Shown in pieces: positions 1 to 21,200 of a stretch of DNA of 64,000 nucleotides. This DNA comes from Zygnema circumcarinatum SAG 698-1b (taxonomy: Eukaryota; Plantae; Zygnematophyceae). The DNA lies in contig CM074823.1 of assembly GCA_037447605.1 (NCBI GenBank), positions 62,001 to 126,000 on the forward strand, given 5' to 3'. The notes under the pieces were generated by a model. The model had not been told where the DNA came from. It saw only the letters and a program-made list of their open reading frames with translations, and did no database searches. A program made the translations under genes and the position numbers. Within the stretch, counting starts at the first letter, position 1. Every line of letters starts with the position of its first letter.

Positions 1-3102
<3,102 letters not shown>

Positions 3103-4131
3103 GAACAGATGCTCATATGCTTTATTTCTATCATTAATGAATGCGCATGCAGAGGAAGCAGCCGCCACTGCTTTCCTATTGGCAGCCTAGCCTAGCGGGT
3201 ACACGTCATAGCCTGCTTCCAAGGGGCAGCAGTCTCTCCGAATTAGTTTCCAAGGCTTGCACTTGCGGATCGACTGATAAAGGCCGGGTAAGCGGTGTAA
3301 GCGTCGTCTCCAAATGGAGGGACGGCCACGTCAGTGCAGGCCTGCCTTTCCTGCTCGCCCGAGCCATGAGCTCTGTGTGTGCCGCCCGTCGGAGCAGTTC
3401 TGTCCCTCCGCTGCTGCTGCTGCTGCTGCTGCAGGTCGGTCTCGTCTCGTCTGGCAGCGCAGGGAGGGAGGGAGGGAGGGCCAAGGGCGGCAGCGCCTCT
3501 GCCGTGGATTGATTCATTGGTCGGCTTAGGAAGGTTTCCATGGGCGTTTTCGCTGCTGTAAAAGGGGAAGATCTTTCGAATTTAAGTATCAACTTCTTTT
3601 AAGTGTAGCGCCTGTCGTCCTCAGTCGTGTGGCGAGCGCAGCAGGAACGAGTGAGTGCATGCGCGGACCGGTCGGTTGGTCGGTCAGTCATTCGGTGCGA
3701 GTGAAATGCCGCACCAACGGTTGGGTCGGGTCCGTTCGGTCGCTGTCGGCACCGCCCGGGGGAGAGGCGGACTGCGCTCGCTCGCTGCCTGAATGAATGA
3801 ATGAATGCGTGCCTACTTTGCAAGAGGAGGGCCTTTTCTTTTCTTTGAAGACCTCAACATACGGAATATGCAAGGCACAAATGTTGAACTTAAAGCATAA
3901 GTCCAATACTGCCGATTTCACACCGTCTGGTTGTGAAACGCATGTCATCTTTCGTGACGACGTGTTACGCAGAAAAATCTCACCATTCGAAACCTTCTAC
4001 CAACCCTACGTCCTCAGTATCACTGCGTCCTAAACCTTAAACCCTAAAACCTAAACCTTGAACACCTAAACCCTAACGCTTCTCTGAGCTGTTGCTTGAG
4101 CTCGACGCCGCTCTGTTTACGGCGGCGGTCG

Positions 4132-9076
<4,945 letters not shown>

Positions 9077-10867
9077 CTCCCTGCGTGCATACATGCCACG
9101 TGGCCGGACCTCCGCATGCGGTGAGCAGCCGCATCCTTTCACATCGAATTCCAAGCATTCACCGCTTTGTCTTATTCACACGGAAGGCTATTCTAGAAAC
9201 TGCAGCTTCCGTCTGTTAATGAGGTCCTTTCCTTTCTCATTCCACTCAATAAGAAACTCATGGATGCCTTTTCTGAAGTATCCATATAATCTCAAAAAGA
9301 GCAGAATTACGCGACATTTGATTGAAATTTTGCGTACAGACTGTGTATGTTGGATTGAAATTGGCTCTAAAGAAAGTTCACGGGACAGCTTGAAACTATC
9401 TAAGGTCAAAAGATGTATTCACTGATAATTATAACACACGCAGAATCCAACGGCCTCATGTTTTCGTTTCTTTGAGCGGTTCGCTGACAGACCTTCTCAC
9501 GGCCCCCCTCCCTCCCTCTTCAAAGGGCCGCGAGCGGACGTGGGCGACACGGGCAGCGGGAATTGAAAGTCGATAGGTGTGTATGGAAGGTGGGAGGGAG
9601 AGGGAGGGGGATAGAGAGAGAGAGAGGGTGAGGTCTATGGCGCGGGAGGGGGAGAGGGCGAGAGCGAGGGCAGGCGGGCGAGTGTGCGCGGCGGAGCGCT
9701 TGGCAGCGGCGGACCGCGCCCCTCCCTCGCGCCACGCGGCGAACCAAGCGGGCTGGGCCGCCCAACGGTACGGCACGGCCGCCCGGGGGACAGCCCGGGG
9801 ACCGCGGGGACCGCCTGGGGACCGCCTGGGGGCGTCGCCACGCGCGCAAGACTCTCGGCGGGCAGTGGAAATGTTTTCGTATGCCCTCGTAGAGAGCGCG
9901 TTGCCCTATCCGCGCACGCCACGTGACTCCAGGCACAAGCCCGAAATTTTGCCGCCGCCGGGCCGGTTGTTATTTAGGACTTCATCCGGCGGCCGGACGA
10001 GCGCCTGCGCACACGTGGCGGCCTCCTACCAGCGGGTGGCGCTGCTGCGAGCACCTCCCCTCCCCGGGCGGGCGGGCGCTGGGAGGTTCTCGGAGCCGAA
10101 GGGCGCGCCGCTGATTGGCTGTCGCCGGACGGACCCGACCTCGAGGCGCGTCGTTGCTGAGTCGAGAGGCTCTTGTCAAACTCGAATTGGGCTGAACCAA
10201 AATGCGTGGGTGGCACCAACCTATGAACCATCTTCTTCTCTTGAAAATAATGATAAGGAGTTTGATTTGGAAGAGATACCTTTAATTCGTTGCGACTAAG
10301 CGTTTGCTGTTTTCAAATTTCAAATGAGTACCGTAGTGAACATTCCAAGTCTAACATGTTCAAAAAGAACATGTGATGGCATCATCGCCATCGTGAGATC
10401 AATGCCATATCCTCTGATATAATTCTAATGAAATTCGAGCAATGCAGCGGTTGTGAAGCAGCGCAAATGCTTCGTGGGCATGGCATGGCACGCATGCATG
10501 GCATGGCCCACCTCGCGACGGCGGCGCCCACTCTCCCTCCCTCCGCGGGGGATCGTTCGCCCGCATGGAACCCTTCAGTTCCGAACTCTGTTGAACGGCC
10601 AGTTGCTTGCAACGCTGAGCACGGAGCCCCGCCGGGCGTAAGTACGGCAGCGCGACAGCGTACGACCGTACCCTTTTACCCATTATTGTACGGACACACG
10701 GGGCCATTCGTACGGCCATCCCTCTGACACTTACGGGCGGGCGGCTGACGTGGGGGCGGGAGAGGGAGGGGCAAGGGAGAGGGGGAGAGGAAGTGGGAGG
10801 AGTGAGGGGGAGAGAGGGCGAGAGGGAGTTAGGGGGAGCGAGAGAGAGCGAGAGCGAGCGAGCGGCC

Positions 10868-13295
10868 ATGGGCGCCACGGCGGAGGCGAGCGCAGGGGAG
10901 CACGTGGAGGTGCCTGTGGGGGAGCCCTCGCGGGTGTCGTACCCGAGCATCGCTCCGTACGGAACCTTCCCGCAGGTCGCTCCCACTCCGCCTCCCTCCT
11001 CCCGCCCCTCTCTTCTCTTCGCTCTGCCTCTCTCTCCTCCATTATCTCTTGTCTCTCCGCTATTCCCTCTCCCTTCCCTTGTCTCTCTCTCCCTCTCTTC
11101 TCTCTTTCCAGCCCCAAGACTTGCACCCACATTTCCCCATCTGGCCTCCCCTTTTTCATCGTCCGTTCCATTGCTTTTCCTTTTTGGAGTCGGATCCCTT
11201 ATTATTTCTAATTTAGTTTTTATCTGCGTAACCTATTCAATATCCAAAAGGTGGGTCCTATATGAATTGCACGTTGCAGTTAGTATAGCACCCCTCGACC
11301 CATTCATGCAGCCTCCAAGAACCCTGCCGTTTTGTCCTTCCTCCTCTCCCTCTTTCTTTCCGTCCCCATCGCTCTCCAACCCTCACGGCCCGTCCCCCTC
11401 TCATCCCTCCCTGTACCCGTCACCCAAAACACATGTAAGAAGCGTTGTTAATGCTTGAATGCAGCAGTTTTCAGTCACTTTTATTCTAATTGGAATATTC
11501 TCACATGTTTGTTTTGAATGTGGCAGACCCAAGTCACCCCACCAGGTCAGACCAACACCCCCCCGCCCCTCACCCTCTTAAGTCGCTTTTTCCCCAATTT
11601 TCCGATTCTGGGTTACAATTGCCAATTCTGATCTTCTGTTTCTTTCCATAAATTGATTTCGGAATTGCGATACCCTAAAAACCCGAAACTGAATGATAAA
11701 CGGCATGTGAATGGCTGTCATTTGCATGGTGCTGATGTGCAGTGTATCGGACGGTGATTGCGGAGCCGCGCTATTTCTATGTGAGCGAAAGGTTGGAGCG
11801 CTTACCGTTTTGCGGATGCGGGCTCGGCGTGTTTCTGTACGTCCAATTCATTCCTCGGACAACTTCTTTTCTTTAGGGTTCTGGAAAGAAACCCTCCTGG
11901 TTAACTTTGAAAAGTCCGCATCATTAACGTTACCATAAGCATTTCGTGTGCCGGAGACGACAATATCATCAAACTTTTCACATTTGCATGCTTGCCACCT
12001 TCGATCAACCATCTCGTTCGTTTCTGCGATGGTTTCGTTAGCCCAGCTCTTCTTTTCCCCTCATTGAATCACGCTTCTCCATTTTACTTTTACTACACTT
12101 CCAATATTGTTTCCCAGCTTAAATCTGCTTTACATCCACACATGTTGCTTTACATTACGCTTGGGCAACCTGCATGCCCATGTGAGCAGGTTTCTGCTCG
12201 GCTTCGTATTCCCCATCGCGTGGTTTATTGGAGCCTTCGTTTACTTCTGCGTTGACTCCATCAACCACGACCGCCGAGAGCGAGTTGGCCTCTCTGCCTG
12301 CACCATTGCGGTGCGTATTTGGGGGTTTAAGGGGTACTGTATGTAACGGAATGTATGTAACGGAATGTATGTAACGGAATGTATGAAACGGAATGTATGT
12401 AACTTCTGGTTGGAGGGTTTGCCGGACTCAGTCATGTCAATAACGCTTTCAGAAGTAGAGCTGCACATTTTTCTGTACGGCGTAATGGTGGGCAACACTA
12501 ATGGAATCGATGCCTGCTCTCGGTGAAGGTTTGTCAGATTTTTCACCGGGGAAATTAACTTGAACGCATAATCGCGTCAATTCTGAAGCTTTAGGTTGAA
12601 CACTTCAGGTGTACTTGATGTCAGAGTTGAACTGCACCTTGTCTAGTTGCTTGATCGTTCTTTCGAGCGTTTGAAGGAGGGCTGCACCTGATTGCTACTG
12701 GTTGAGGAAAGACCTGTGATCTGGTCTTTTGTCAACTAGGGAAGCTGCGATAAAGGTGGAGTTTGGATGGGCTAATGCAGGGGAATCTTTCCCTGCTGTT
12801 TTGCCTTTCCTTCTGCCAAACGAAAGGGCAGGTTTTGCGTCGTTTGGATAAAACCTATGAAATCTTCTGTAGATCAACCGTGATCCTTTCATCTCCTTCC
12901 CTTGTTCGCTATCCCGCCCTCTCCTTTCGTCTTCGCGTCTCCATTAGTCAAATCATTTTCTTGTGACATCTCCTTCAATTCTGCTGCCCAAGCTGGTCGT
13001 ACAGAGAATGCCGCGTGGCACTTCTCTGTTGGGTTTGGGCGTATGCTTTAAATTGGATTCCTTTACATTGGGTCTGGACATGGACGTGTCTGAAATTCGG
13101 TCCCTCTATTCAGTAGGGTCCCCCCCCCTTGAATTAAGTAAGTCCCCTTATGGCGGAGGGCGCGCTCATATTGGCGTGGCGGTGTGGCGCTGCTGCTGCA
13201 TGCAGGCGGCGCTGTTCACCGCTGCTCTGTTCGGCGGCCGCCTGCTCATGGACAAGTGGGGCAGGCAGGATGGGGGCCACCACCGCTCCGACTGA
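10868..13295 (+). CDS. Small membrane protein of the plant family annotated '60S ribosomal protein L18a-like' (not a true ribosomal protein), ~143 aa; exons 10868-10975, 11527-11545, 11743-11836, 12190-12310, 13206-13295
   Basis: Spliced product contains ERLPFCGCGLGVFLFLLGFVFPIAWFIGAFVYFC...DRRERVGLSACTIAAALF, matching the family pattern RLPCCGxGxGWFLFxxGF..PWYxGA...DxRExxGxxACTIAA. Phases close only with a 19-nt micro-exon. Confidence 0.85.
12339..12402. repeat. 14-bp tandem repeat (GTATGTAACGGAAT) x~4.5, intronic
   Basis: Read directly just after the donor at 12311. Confidence 0.9.
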
Positions 13296-14102
13296 CCGGA
13301 CTGTGTCTCCTCGCTCATACGATTCTTAATGTAAAGATTGTAAAGATTGATTGATGAAAGATTGATGTAAAGATTGTGTCGCAGTGCGCTCTCCATCTGC
13401 TCTTTTGCAGGCGGGTTACCAATGGAAAGGCTCGTTCCGAGGTTTGGAAGAGTCACCGTCATATTTTGCAGGAAGAGTGTGTTGTTGGTTTTCATTTTGT
13501 TCGGTCGTTGGGCTTCGTTGGATGCAGGCGGGAGTGGTTGCCTTTCTGTGCGTCTCCGCATGGCTCAAGTATATTCAGGACTGAGGGGCAACTGCCAGTG
13601 GGCAAAGTAAGGCTGCGGAGGGAGCTGCGCTGGCGGCAGCTGATATTGCAACACTCTGCCTCTGCCTCATCCTCCTTTGTATATATATATATTTTCTGTG
13701 AACAAACAATACCTAATGCCTAATGAGGACCCTGTAATGGAAAGTGACAATTCATTGTCTATGGAGCTATTGACGTTGAACACCAAGATACGGTCGGTTG
13801 TGGGTTCCTCCGCAAACACAATTGCGGTTTAATCCACAGACAATCTGAATCATAAGTGGACGGTGTCCAGCATTGTGAGTTGTGTTAATCGCAGAATGCA
13901 AGTACATAAACGGAGTAGCTTTGCTGTTAATGTTGTTGTTACAATGGCATTGGCATTGCGTTGTCATGTCACTTTGACAACAATCAGAGGGGCAATATCA
14001 TCCTTCACACGTAACAGGCACAAGACGAGGTGCAAGTGCCAAAAAGAGTGTTTGAACAACATCAGTCCCCTGCGCACTGCAGCTCAGTTGCAGGCAGGCG
14101 CC

Positions 14103-17100
14103 TTAAGACATGCGCTGCGCTGCCTCCTTGGCGAGCACGCGCTCGCGAGCCTTCGTCTTGGCCTGCGACTTGACGCCCATGATGCCTCCGCCCCATTGCC
14201 TTCTGATGTCGTCATAGCGGTCGTTGAAGTTCGCCTGCGGGGAAGGAGGGAGGAGAGACAGTCAGTCGCCCTCTCAACAGAAGCCGCTCGCAAGGCGGGC
14301 ACAGACCATGGCTGCCCAAACAGGATCATGACGCGATCCATTTGAAGCGTGCCGTGAGCGGCACAAGAGAAGCAAAGGGCCCTCACCTTGATGGACTCAA
14401 TGATCTTGCTGAAGTCGTGCTTGTCCTCGTTCTTCACGGCCGTCAGGCACAGGGCGGTCGCTGTCTTCTTGTGGACCACCTGGCATCAGCACAAGAGTTG
14501 TCTCTGCTTCCAAGTAAACACTACATCGTGGCTATGCTTCACTCAACCAGAGAAGAGAGAGCGAGAGAGAGGGGGGGGGAGAGTGAGGGAGAGAGGAGGG
14601 GGAGAGTGAGAGAGAGGAAGAAAAAGAGAGAGAGTGGGGTGAAGGGGTGTGGGGGGGGAGGTCAGAGGCAAATACCGCTCCGAGGCGAGCCTTTCCCTTG
14701 ACAATGCAGTAGGGCACCCCCATCTTGCGGCACAACACAGGCAGCCACACAACGAGCTCAATGGGGTCGACATCGTGCGCAATCACCACCAGCTGCGCCT
14801 TCCCCTGCATGCCCCATATAGTCCCCCAGTCAGCCCCGAGTTTCCTTCCCTCGCAACACAAAGTTGCTGCAGTCTGTATGCCTAAATCACACGTCCAATG
14901 CAGGCTGTAGTAGATACCAGAAATGCACAGAAGAGTTTAACTACACGAGGGAGCTGACAGGTCTCACGCTCATGAATATCCTTCAAGGGTCGCACGTGCT
15001 TACTGCAGACCATCTTCTTGCCACAAAGCAGTCCGGGAGAGGTTAAGAGCAGGGAGATGCTGCACCTGCTCAATGAGGTAAGTGATGTGGTTGATGCCGT
15101 ACTTGACCACAATGGGCTTTTTGGTCTCCACCGTCTTGCCCTCGGCCTCGGCCGCTGCCTTCTTCATCAACCTCTCCTTCTTCTCAGCCTTCTCCTCAGG
15201 CCTATATTTGAGCAACATCTTGAATAAGCTGGAAGCTGCATGTATAAGGAAAAGCAACGAACGTTACCATCGGCATTCTATCTGCTCACATTTCTCAACA
15301 TATCAATTTTCCAAGCTCTTACGCCGGATCATTTCTGACATAGAGACAGTGAATGCCTCCTCCAAAGAGATACAATGGAGCTATAGTCATGCCTTCATAG
15401 TTATGCCTCGTATGACTTAGCAATGAACAGCACCCAAAAGCCCTTCAACCTTCCAAATCAAAACCAAAACCCAAAACAAAAAAACCAACCCAACTCTCCA
15501 AAACGAACTGAAGTATGAAGCCAACCAATTACAGCAAAACGTTGATTTTCCTAGAAAAGCGGAGGACAACAGAACCCTAAAAACCCTTACCGAGGTTCTT
15601 GTCGAGGGTCTTTGTGAACTGGTTCAGCGCGGGGGGGACCTTGAGACGCTGGTTGAGCACACGCCTCTGCCTCTGAATGCGAACATATTTGGGCCACTTC
15701 ACAAAGCGGTGGAGGTTCTTCTTCGGAGGAAGGGCTCCCCCGATGCCAAACTGCTTCGGCCGCTTCTCAAAGAGAGGGTTCACTGTCTTCTCAGGGGCCT
15801 GCAAGTAATGCACTGGAGGGCGTACGTTAATAACATCTCAATCGTACGCAGCATCTACGTGAAGCTACGATTCAAACACATCCCTTAGCACTACCGAGAG
15901 ATAAAGCAACCGCAAATTTCTTCCTGCAAAAGCAGTAATTAACTTGAAGCCAGGAAAAGCTGCCGGAAAATAAAAATGGATTCAGAGAAAACTTAAGAAA
16001 AGAAGTAAAAAAACCGACTTGCATTCTAGTTTCTGTCAGCCGCCCTATAGGGGGGTTCAGAATCGTTGACCTTGTCCTTCTTGCCCGCTGCAGCCGGAGC
16101 AGGCGCAGGGACCTTCGCACTCCTCTTGGGCGCCTGCATAAGCACACGTTTCAGCATCAATTTGTCCCAAGACAAGAGGGAAAGGGAGATGTGTAAACAG
16201 ATGAGTGCAGGACGGGGGGGAGAGAGAGCGTGAGTGTATAAGAGGGGCAGTCGCAGACAGGGAGGAGGAGAGCCGGAACGGAAGATAGAAGAGCGGCGGG
16301 AAGAGGGAACGACATGATAAGTGTGGACGGGCGGGAGAGAAAGAGAGTGGGGGAGAGGAGAAAGGAACGAGCAGGAGAAAGAAGGGAGGGCGACAAGTAA
16401 AGAGGAGGCGGGGGTGAGTTGGGGAGGTAGAAACACAGTGGGGAAGAGAGTGAATACCCAACTCAGGACAAGCGAGGTTTCCCTTCAGAATCCTACCCCT
16501 AGTTTCGACACTTTGCCTCATCCGCCTTCACCAAGAGGCAGCTGGCATTCATCTACTCATCCGTAGCCCCTCGCAGAGATTTACTATTTACACACAAAGT
16601 GCATACCTTCATACCTTCCTACTTTCACAGCCAAAGGAAGACTGAACAGAAACACTCTAACGGAGCCATTTGCACAACGTTGGGCAGGCAGTGAAGCCTT
16701 CCGCGGCTGCCCGCGGGAGCTTGCAGCGGAGACTCGACATAATCCGCTTTAGAACGTTCGATTAAGCTGAATTTTACTAAGCATGACTCCGGAATGAAAA
16801 TTAATCCTTCTGCGCGTCCACAAAATGAGGACAATTTTACAAGTAATAGGGAAACTTAGGTGTATTAGAGACACTCCTCCAAAGAGCACCGAAGACATGT
16901 TCAGCAAAATACGTAGAATCCTGGGCGGTAATGCTCTCCAATGCTATAAACCAATGCAGAGCACAGAGGCTGATTTGGTTCAGATAAAAATATGTGAACA
17001 TGAACATGTGAACATCATCCAAACAAAAGAACAATCCGGCGACGCGCCGTGACTCTGGAAAAGCACATCAAAGGAGGTCTCAAACTACGAATCCCGGGGG

Positions 17101-17685
17101 AGAAAGGCGATTGTCACGGTAGCCCTACCAACCAAAACCCTAAAACTCAGAAACCCTAAAACAAGAAAAAGGTTCCACCAAAAAGTAGCACGGTCGTACA
17201 GATTCCTCTCCCCACTGTCTGGACCCGCCGCAACAATCCTACAGATCCAGAATTTCAAACCCTAACGACAAAATCCGTCCAGTTTGGGAAGCATTACAAG
17301 GGAGCAAATGCAACAGACACTATAGAGATGGGATGGGAGGAGAGAGGGTGTACGAATAGGGGGAGAGAGGGCTGTAAGGATGGGAGGACAGGAGTGGGAG
17401 CAGTGGGAGAGGGAGGGAAAAGATTCTAAGCGAGGGCGAAAGATGTATGCGAGATGGTGCGAGGAGAGCGTAGTAAGAGAGATAGAAAAGGGGAATGGGG
17501 TCAAGAAGAGAGGGAGGGAAAAAGTAGCGGGCGGGATGGGAGAAGGGCGGGAGTGGAGGGGGAGGGAAGCAAGAGAATATGAGGCCAAGATAGAGAAAGG
17601 GGAAGGGACATAGAGAATGAAGCAAGCGTGAGGAGGGGGGGCGCGCGAGAGGGAGAGAGGGCGAGGAGGGGCGGGGGCGCACCAT
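14103..17685 (-). CDS. RPL7A: 60S ribosomal protein L7a (eL8); exons 17685-17683 (ATG only), 16133-16071, 15798-15591, 15235-15066, 14804-14676, 14479-14387, 14234-14103
   Basis: [11 protein letters not shown]...[42 protein letters not shown]...[42 protein letters not shown]...[24 protein letters not shown]. The start GCCGCC-ATG|GTGCGC at 17685 is inferred as an ATG-only first coding exon. Confidence 0.96.
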
Positions 17686-18234
17686 GGCGGCCGCGGCGGG
17701 GACGAGCGCGGGCCTGAGCGGGACGGGCCGGGGAAAGACCCGCACCCTCGCCCGCCTGCGCTATGTGCCCCCCCCGCCAGGGTTTACATGCGCCCGCCAG
17801 TTGGGGAAGCCATCCGTACAACGGAATGCGGGCAGCTCCATGGACGGACGGACGCATGGTACGGCCCGTATCGGGTCCGTCCGTCCGTCCGCCCGCCCCC
17901 GGGCCTGCGTGCGTGGACCCAGCCAGCGTCGCCCTCCGGGTGGACTCGCGGGTGGACTCTAGGGCAGCGCCGTGCCGTATGAAACAGCACGGAATACGGG
18001 AACGGGAATGCGGGATTACGGGTACGGGAATTTGCTGGCGAGTCCCTAACGGACGTCCCTGGCAGGCAGGCCCGAGGGAGTACTGTACGGAGACTGTAGG
18101 GACTTCGACAGGAGGCAGGAGGCAGTAGAGTACCGCAGGGCCTGCCTGCAGGAGGGGCAAGGGCAGGAGCAAGGGCAGGACAAGAGCAAGCGGGCAGGCA
18201 GGCTGGCTGGCTGGCCGTGCTGCTCACTTAGGCG
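17686..18234. promoter_or_regulatory. GC-rich divergent (bidirectional) promoter region between RPL7A and PRMT4
   Basis: The start codons face away from each other 549 bp apart; several GGCCC/GGGCC (site-II-like) words are present, with telo-box-like AAACCCTA at ~17146 and ~17277 in RPL7A intron 1. Confidence 0.6.
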
Positions 18235-21200
18235 ATGAAGGTGCTGCAAGGCTTCAATATCAGCGAGCTGCTGTTGCTGCCTGCTGCAGCAGGCGGTGAC
18301 GACGATGGGGAGGGCGAGCAGGAGCCTGCTTGGAGTCGCAAAGGAGATTCCGTGGCGGTGTTTGAAGAGGAGGACAGCGGCAGATGGATAGATTTCTGCG
18401 TAGCTGGAGGAGCAGATGGAAGCTCGAAAGGCCAGCTTATCGTCAGAGCGGACCTTTCAAAAGACGTGCAGGTGACTGCACTCTGTTCTGGTTCTTGAAA
18501 TTTGGCTGACTTGTTCTCTTCCTCTTGCGAAGCTCTACATTGAGAAAATGAAGAGCTGAGCTGGAGGAATTGAGAACGCTTTCTTGACAATGCTTCGCTT
18601 AGGCTGAGCATGATTCAGCTGGCGCTTTAATCTGTGACTGAATTCATCCCTTGCGTCGTTCTGCTGCAATCCTCAGCAATTAGATGACCTGCACGATGCA
18701 GACTAAATTCGAAGCAGGCGAGGAAGGTGAAGGACTTGATGAAGGTATCTTCGTTGCTAAGGATGGCTTGTGCATTGCAGTTCGCAGTGACTGGACCGCA
18801 GCTTCAGACATGGCTCATACCCGCCAATATATCACCCTCTGAAACTAAGGTCAGCAGCATTGCACCACTTCCCCTCCCTTAGTCGTTTGTAAGGCTGCAG
18901 CATTCAACCTTCACCTTTCAACGGTCAGCTTACACTCTATCATCACTTGAAGTAGTCTGCACTGCTTCCAGGAGGATATGAGATATAGCAGGGCATTCGT
19001 TCACAAATCAATGTAGTCGGATTATGTACGTAAAAGGCAAATGAATGAAAGCGACGTCCGGGACAACAGGGGATAATGGCTACACATTCTTCTATGCTAT
19101 CTTGCTCTTTTTCTCTCGCCTTTGGGAATCTCGACACCTAAGTTCCGGCAACTACAGTTGACAATTAAACCGTTTCGTGAAATGCAGCCGATTCAACATC
19201 GGACCTTCATTCTTCGCTTCAGGACAGAAGAGTTTTCAGTCCATTTCTTTTCAGAGGCGAAGAGTTGGAATGGCGTCGAAGGAGGTGACCCTCGCTCCTT
19301 TTATTGTTTTTTCATCTTTTCAATATGCATTTATATTTTTAATAATACCCATCACAATGAAGGAATAGGTATGAAGCATGACAGATGCGCGTGCATTGCT
19401 GTGGCGCTTGCAAGCTCTGCCTGTCTCTGGAAGAATGGTGAACTCTGTTGTTTTTATCGCGCTGTTTCATTTCTTCTTTCCTGCTTGACACTTGAAGGTG
19501 TCTTCCATTTTGGCAAAAGTGCGGTGCTTCGTTTACGCCTATGCTCTTACAGAATCCCTTTTTCAGACTCTTTAACTGCTGGTTGCAGATCCTACTCATC
19601 ATTCAGGCAGTCTCTTTGACAGAAAAATTGAAGCTGCTTCTGCAAAAATGTATTTCCACTATTATGGCCAACTTCTTCATCAGCAGAATATGCTCCAGGA
19701 TTATGTGAGAACTGGTAAGCTGTCTAGTTTCACTTATGCTCGCAGTTTCTGTGACATGTTTTTCTTTGCTGCGTACGGTTGCTATTGTGGTCGTGAGTAA
19801 GTTCATGAGATCAGGTCTTTCAAGCTCACAATAGCTTACATGTTATTATTATCGCAGGCACCTATTATGCAGCTGTGTTGGAAAACAGGATTGACTTTGA
19901 AGGAAAGATCGTTGTCGATGTCGGAGCTGGCAGTGGAATACTTTCTCTATTTGCAGCACAGGTGAAGATGCTTTCCTATTTTCTCAGATAACCCGAAGTG
20001 CGATGTATTGGCTGAGATGAAGCCCGGCCTCCAAATTTCACTAGTTTTTCTAGTTTCAGCATGTTACTGCTCTTGTATGGGTAAATTTCCTTTGGCAGGG
20101 ATATTGCTCATTTTCCTGCACACCATTGTTAAACACAAACACAGCGATGTGGACGCAATAGACGTGATCTTCATCTCAATTCAATCCGAAGCAAGCATGG
20201 TCGTTAAAATGATGAGTTGCACACCACTACCCCCGACCCCCCAGAGGCCATTTTTCTATTCAGAAGAGGTTGTATTTGACCTGACTCCGTGTCGCCTTCT
20301 TCTTTGATTGTGCAAAGTTGTGCAGGCCGGGGCTCAGCATGTGTATGCAGTTGAGGCCTCCCCAATGGCGGAGTATGCTAAGAGACTTGCTGCTGGAAAT
20401 CCCGCACTTGGGCAAAGGATCACTGTATAGTCAACTAATCCTGATGTTTTCCTTCTGAAGCTTGTCAGGTTTGTGTGTTCTGGTGTACTGATTCTTCCTT
20501 CTTTGCTTGGATCATCGATGGTCGAAGCATGTCTACTGTGTGCGAAATGAGTTGAAATTTTACTGTAGTGAACTTCGCTTATGCAAGGCATTGGGCTTGC
20601 AGATAGTGCACGGAAAGGTTGAGGATGTCGAGATACCAGAGAAGGCAGATGTTCTTATATCTGAACCCATGGGTAAGGCTGCCATCAGGTCGCATTGGAA
20701 CTCTAAACCTTGATGCGATTTGCTGGCCGCGTATAACGAGATGCGCAATAATACCCTCCAATATCGTAGGCAAACTAATTTGAATCATGATATTGGTTCG
20801 AAACAGAAAATAGTCGTGGAAGGATGTCTATGGTGAACTGTTGTCAGACTAGAGCTCTTGGGCTTAGTTGCAAAGTGTTTCTTTCGGCCAGGAACTCTCC
20901 TTGTAAACGAGCGGATGTTGGAATCGTATGTAATAGCGAGAGAACGGTTTTTGAAACCTGAAGGGAAAATGTTTCCAACTTTAGGAAGGTGAGGTTGCCG
21001 GCTTCAACTTGTGTGACGGACAGTGCTCTTTGCAAACCAGGCTGCAAAGCTCTTTCCAAAAGTCTGACTATAGACCTCCTGTCCTTATTTCCAGTTTGTA
21101 ACACAGCAAAGCAAGCAATGTGTACACCTCCTTGACTTGTTATTGCTGTGGGTGTTGCCTCACGGCTGCTTTGTCTATTTGGTTTTTTTGTTTTGTTTTT

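Noticed and set aside
16975-17025. C/D-box-like segment (TTTGG-ATGATG...CTGA-ACCAAA, minus strand) in RPL7A intron 1
   Set aside because: Only 39 nt from box C to box D, with a repetitive interior and no identifiable rRNA guide. Other RPL7A introns gave no convincing C/D or H/ACA structure by eye, apart from a shared 13-mer (ctcctccaaagag at ~15357 and ~16874); an Infernal scan would settle it.
17684-17962. Plus-strand ORF starting at CCATGG as a possible PRMT4 start
   Set aside because: It is the antisense reading of the RPL7A start context; PRMT4 homology begins with the exon at 18235.
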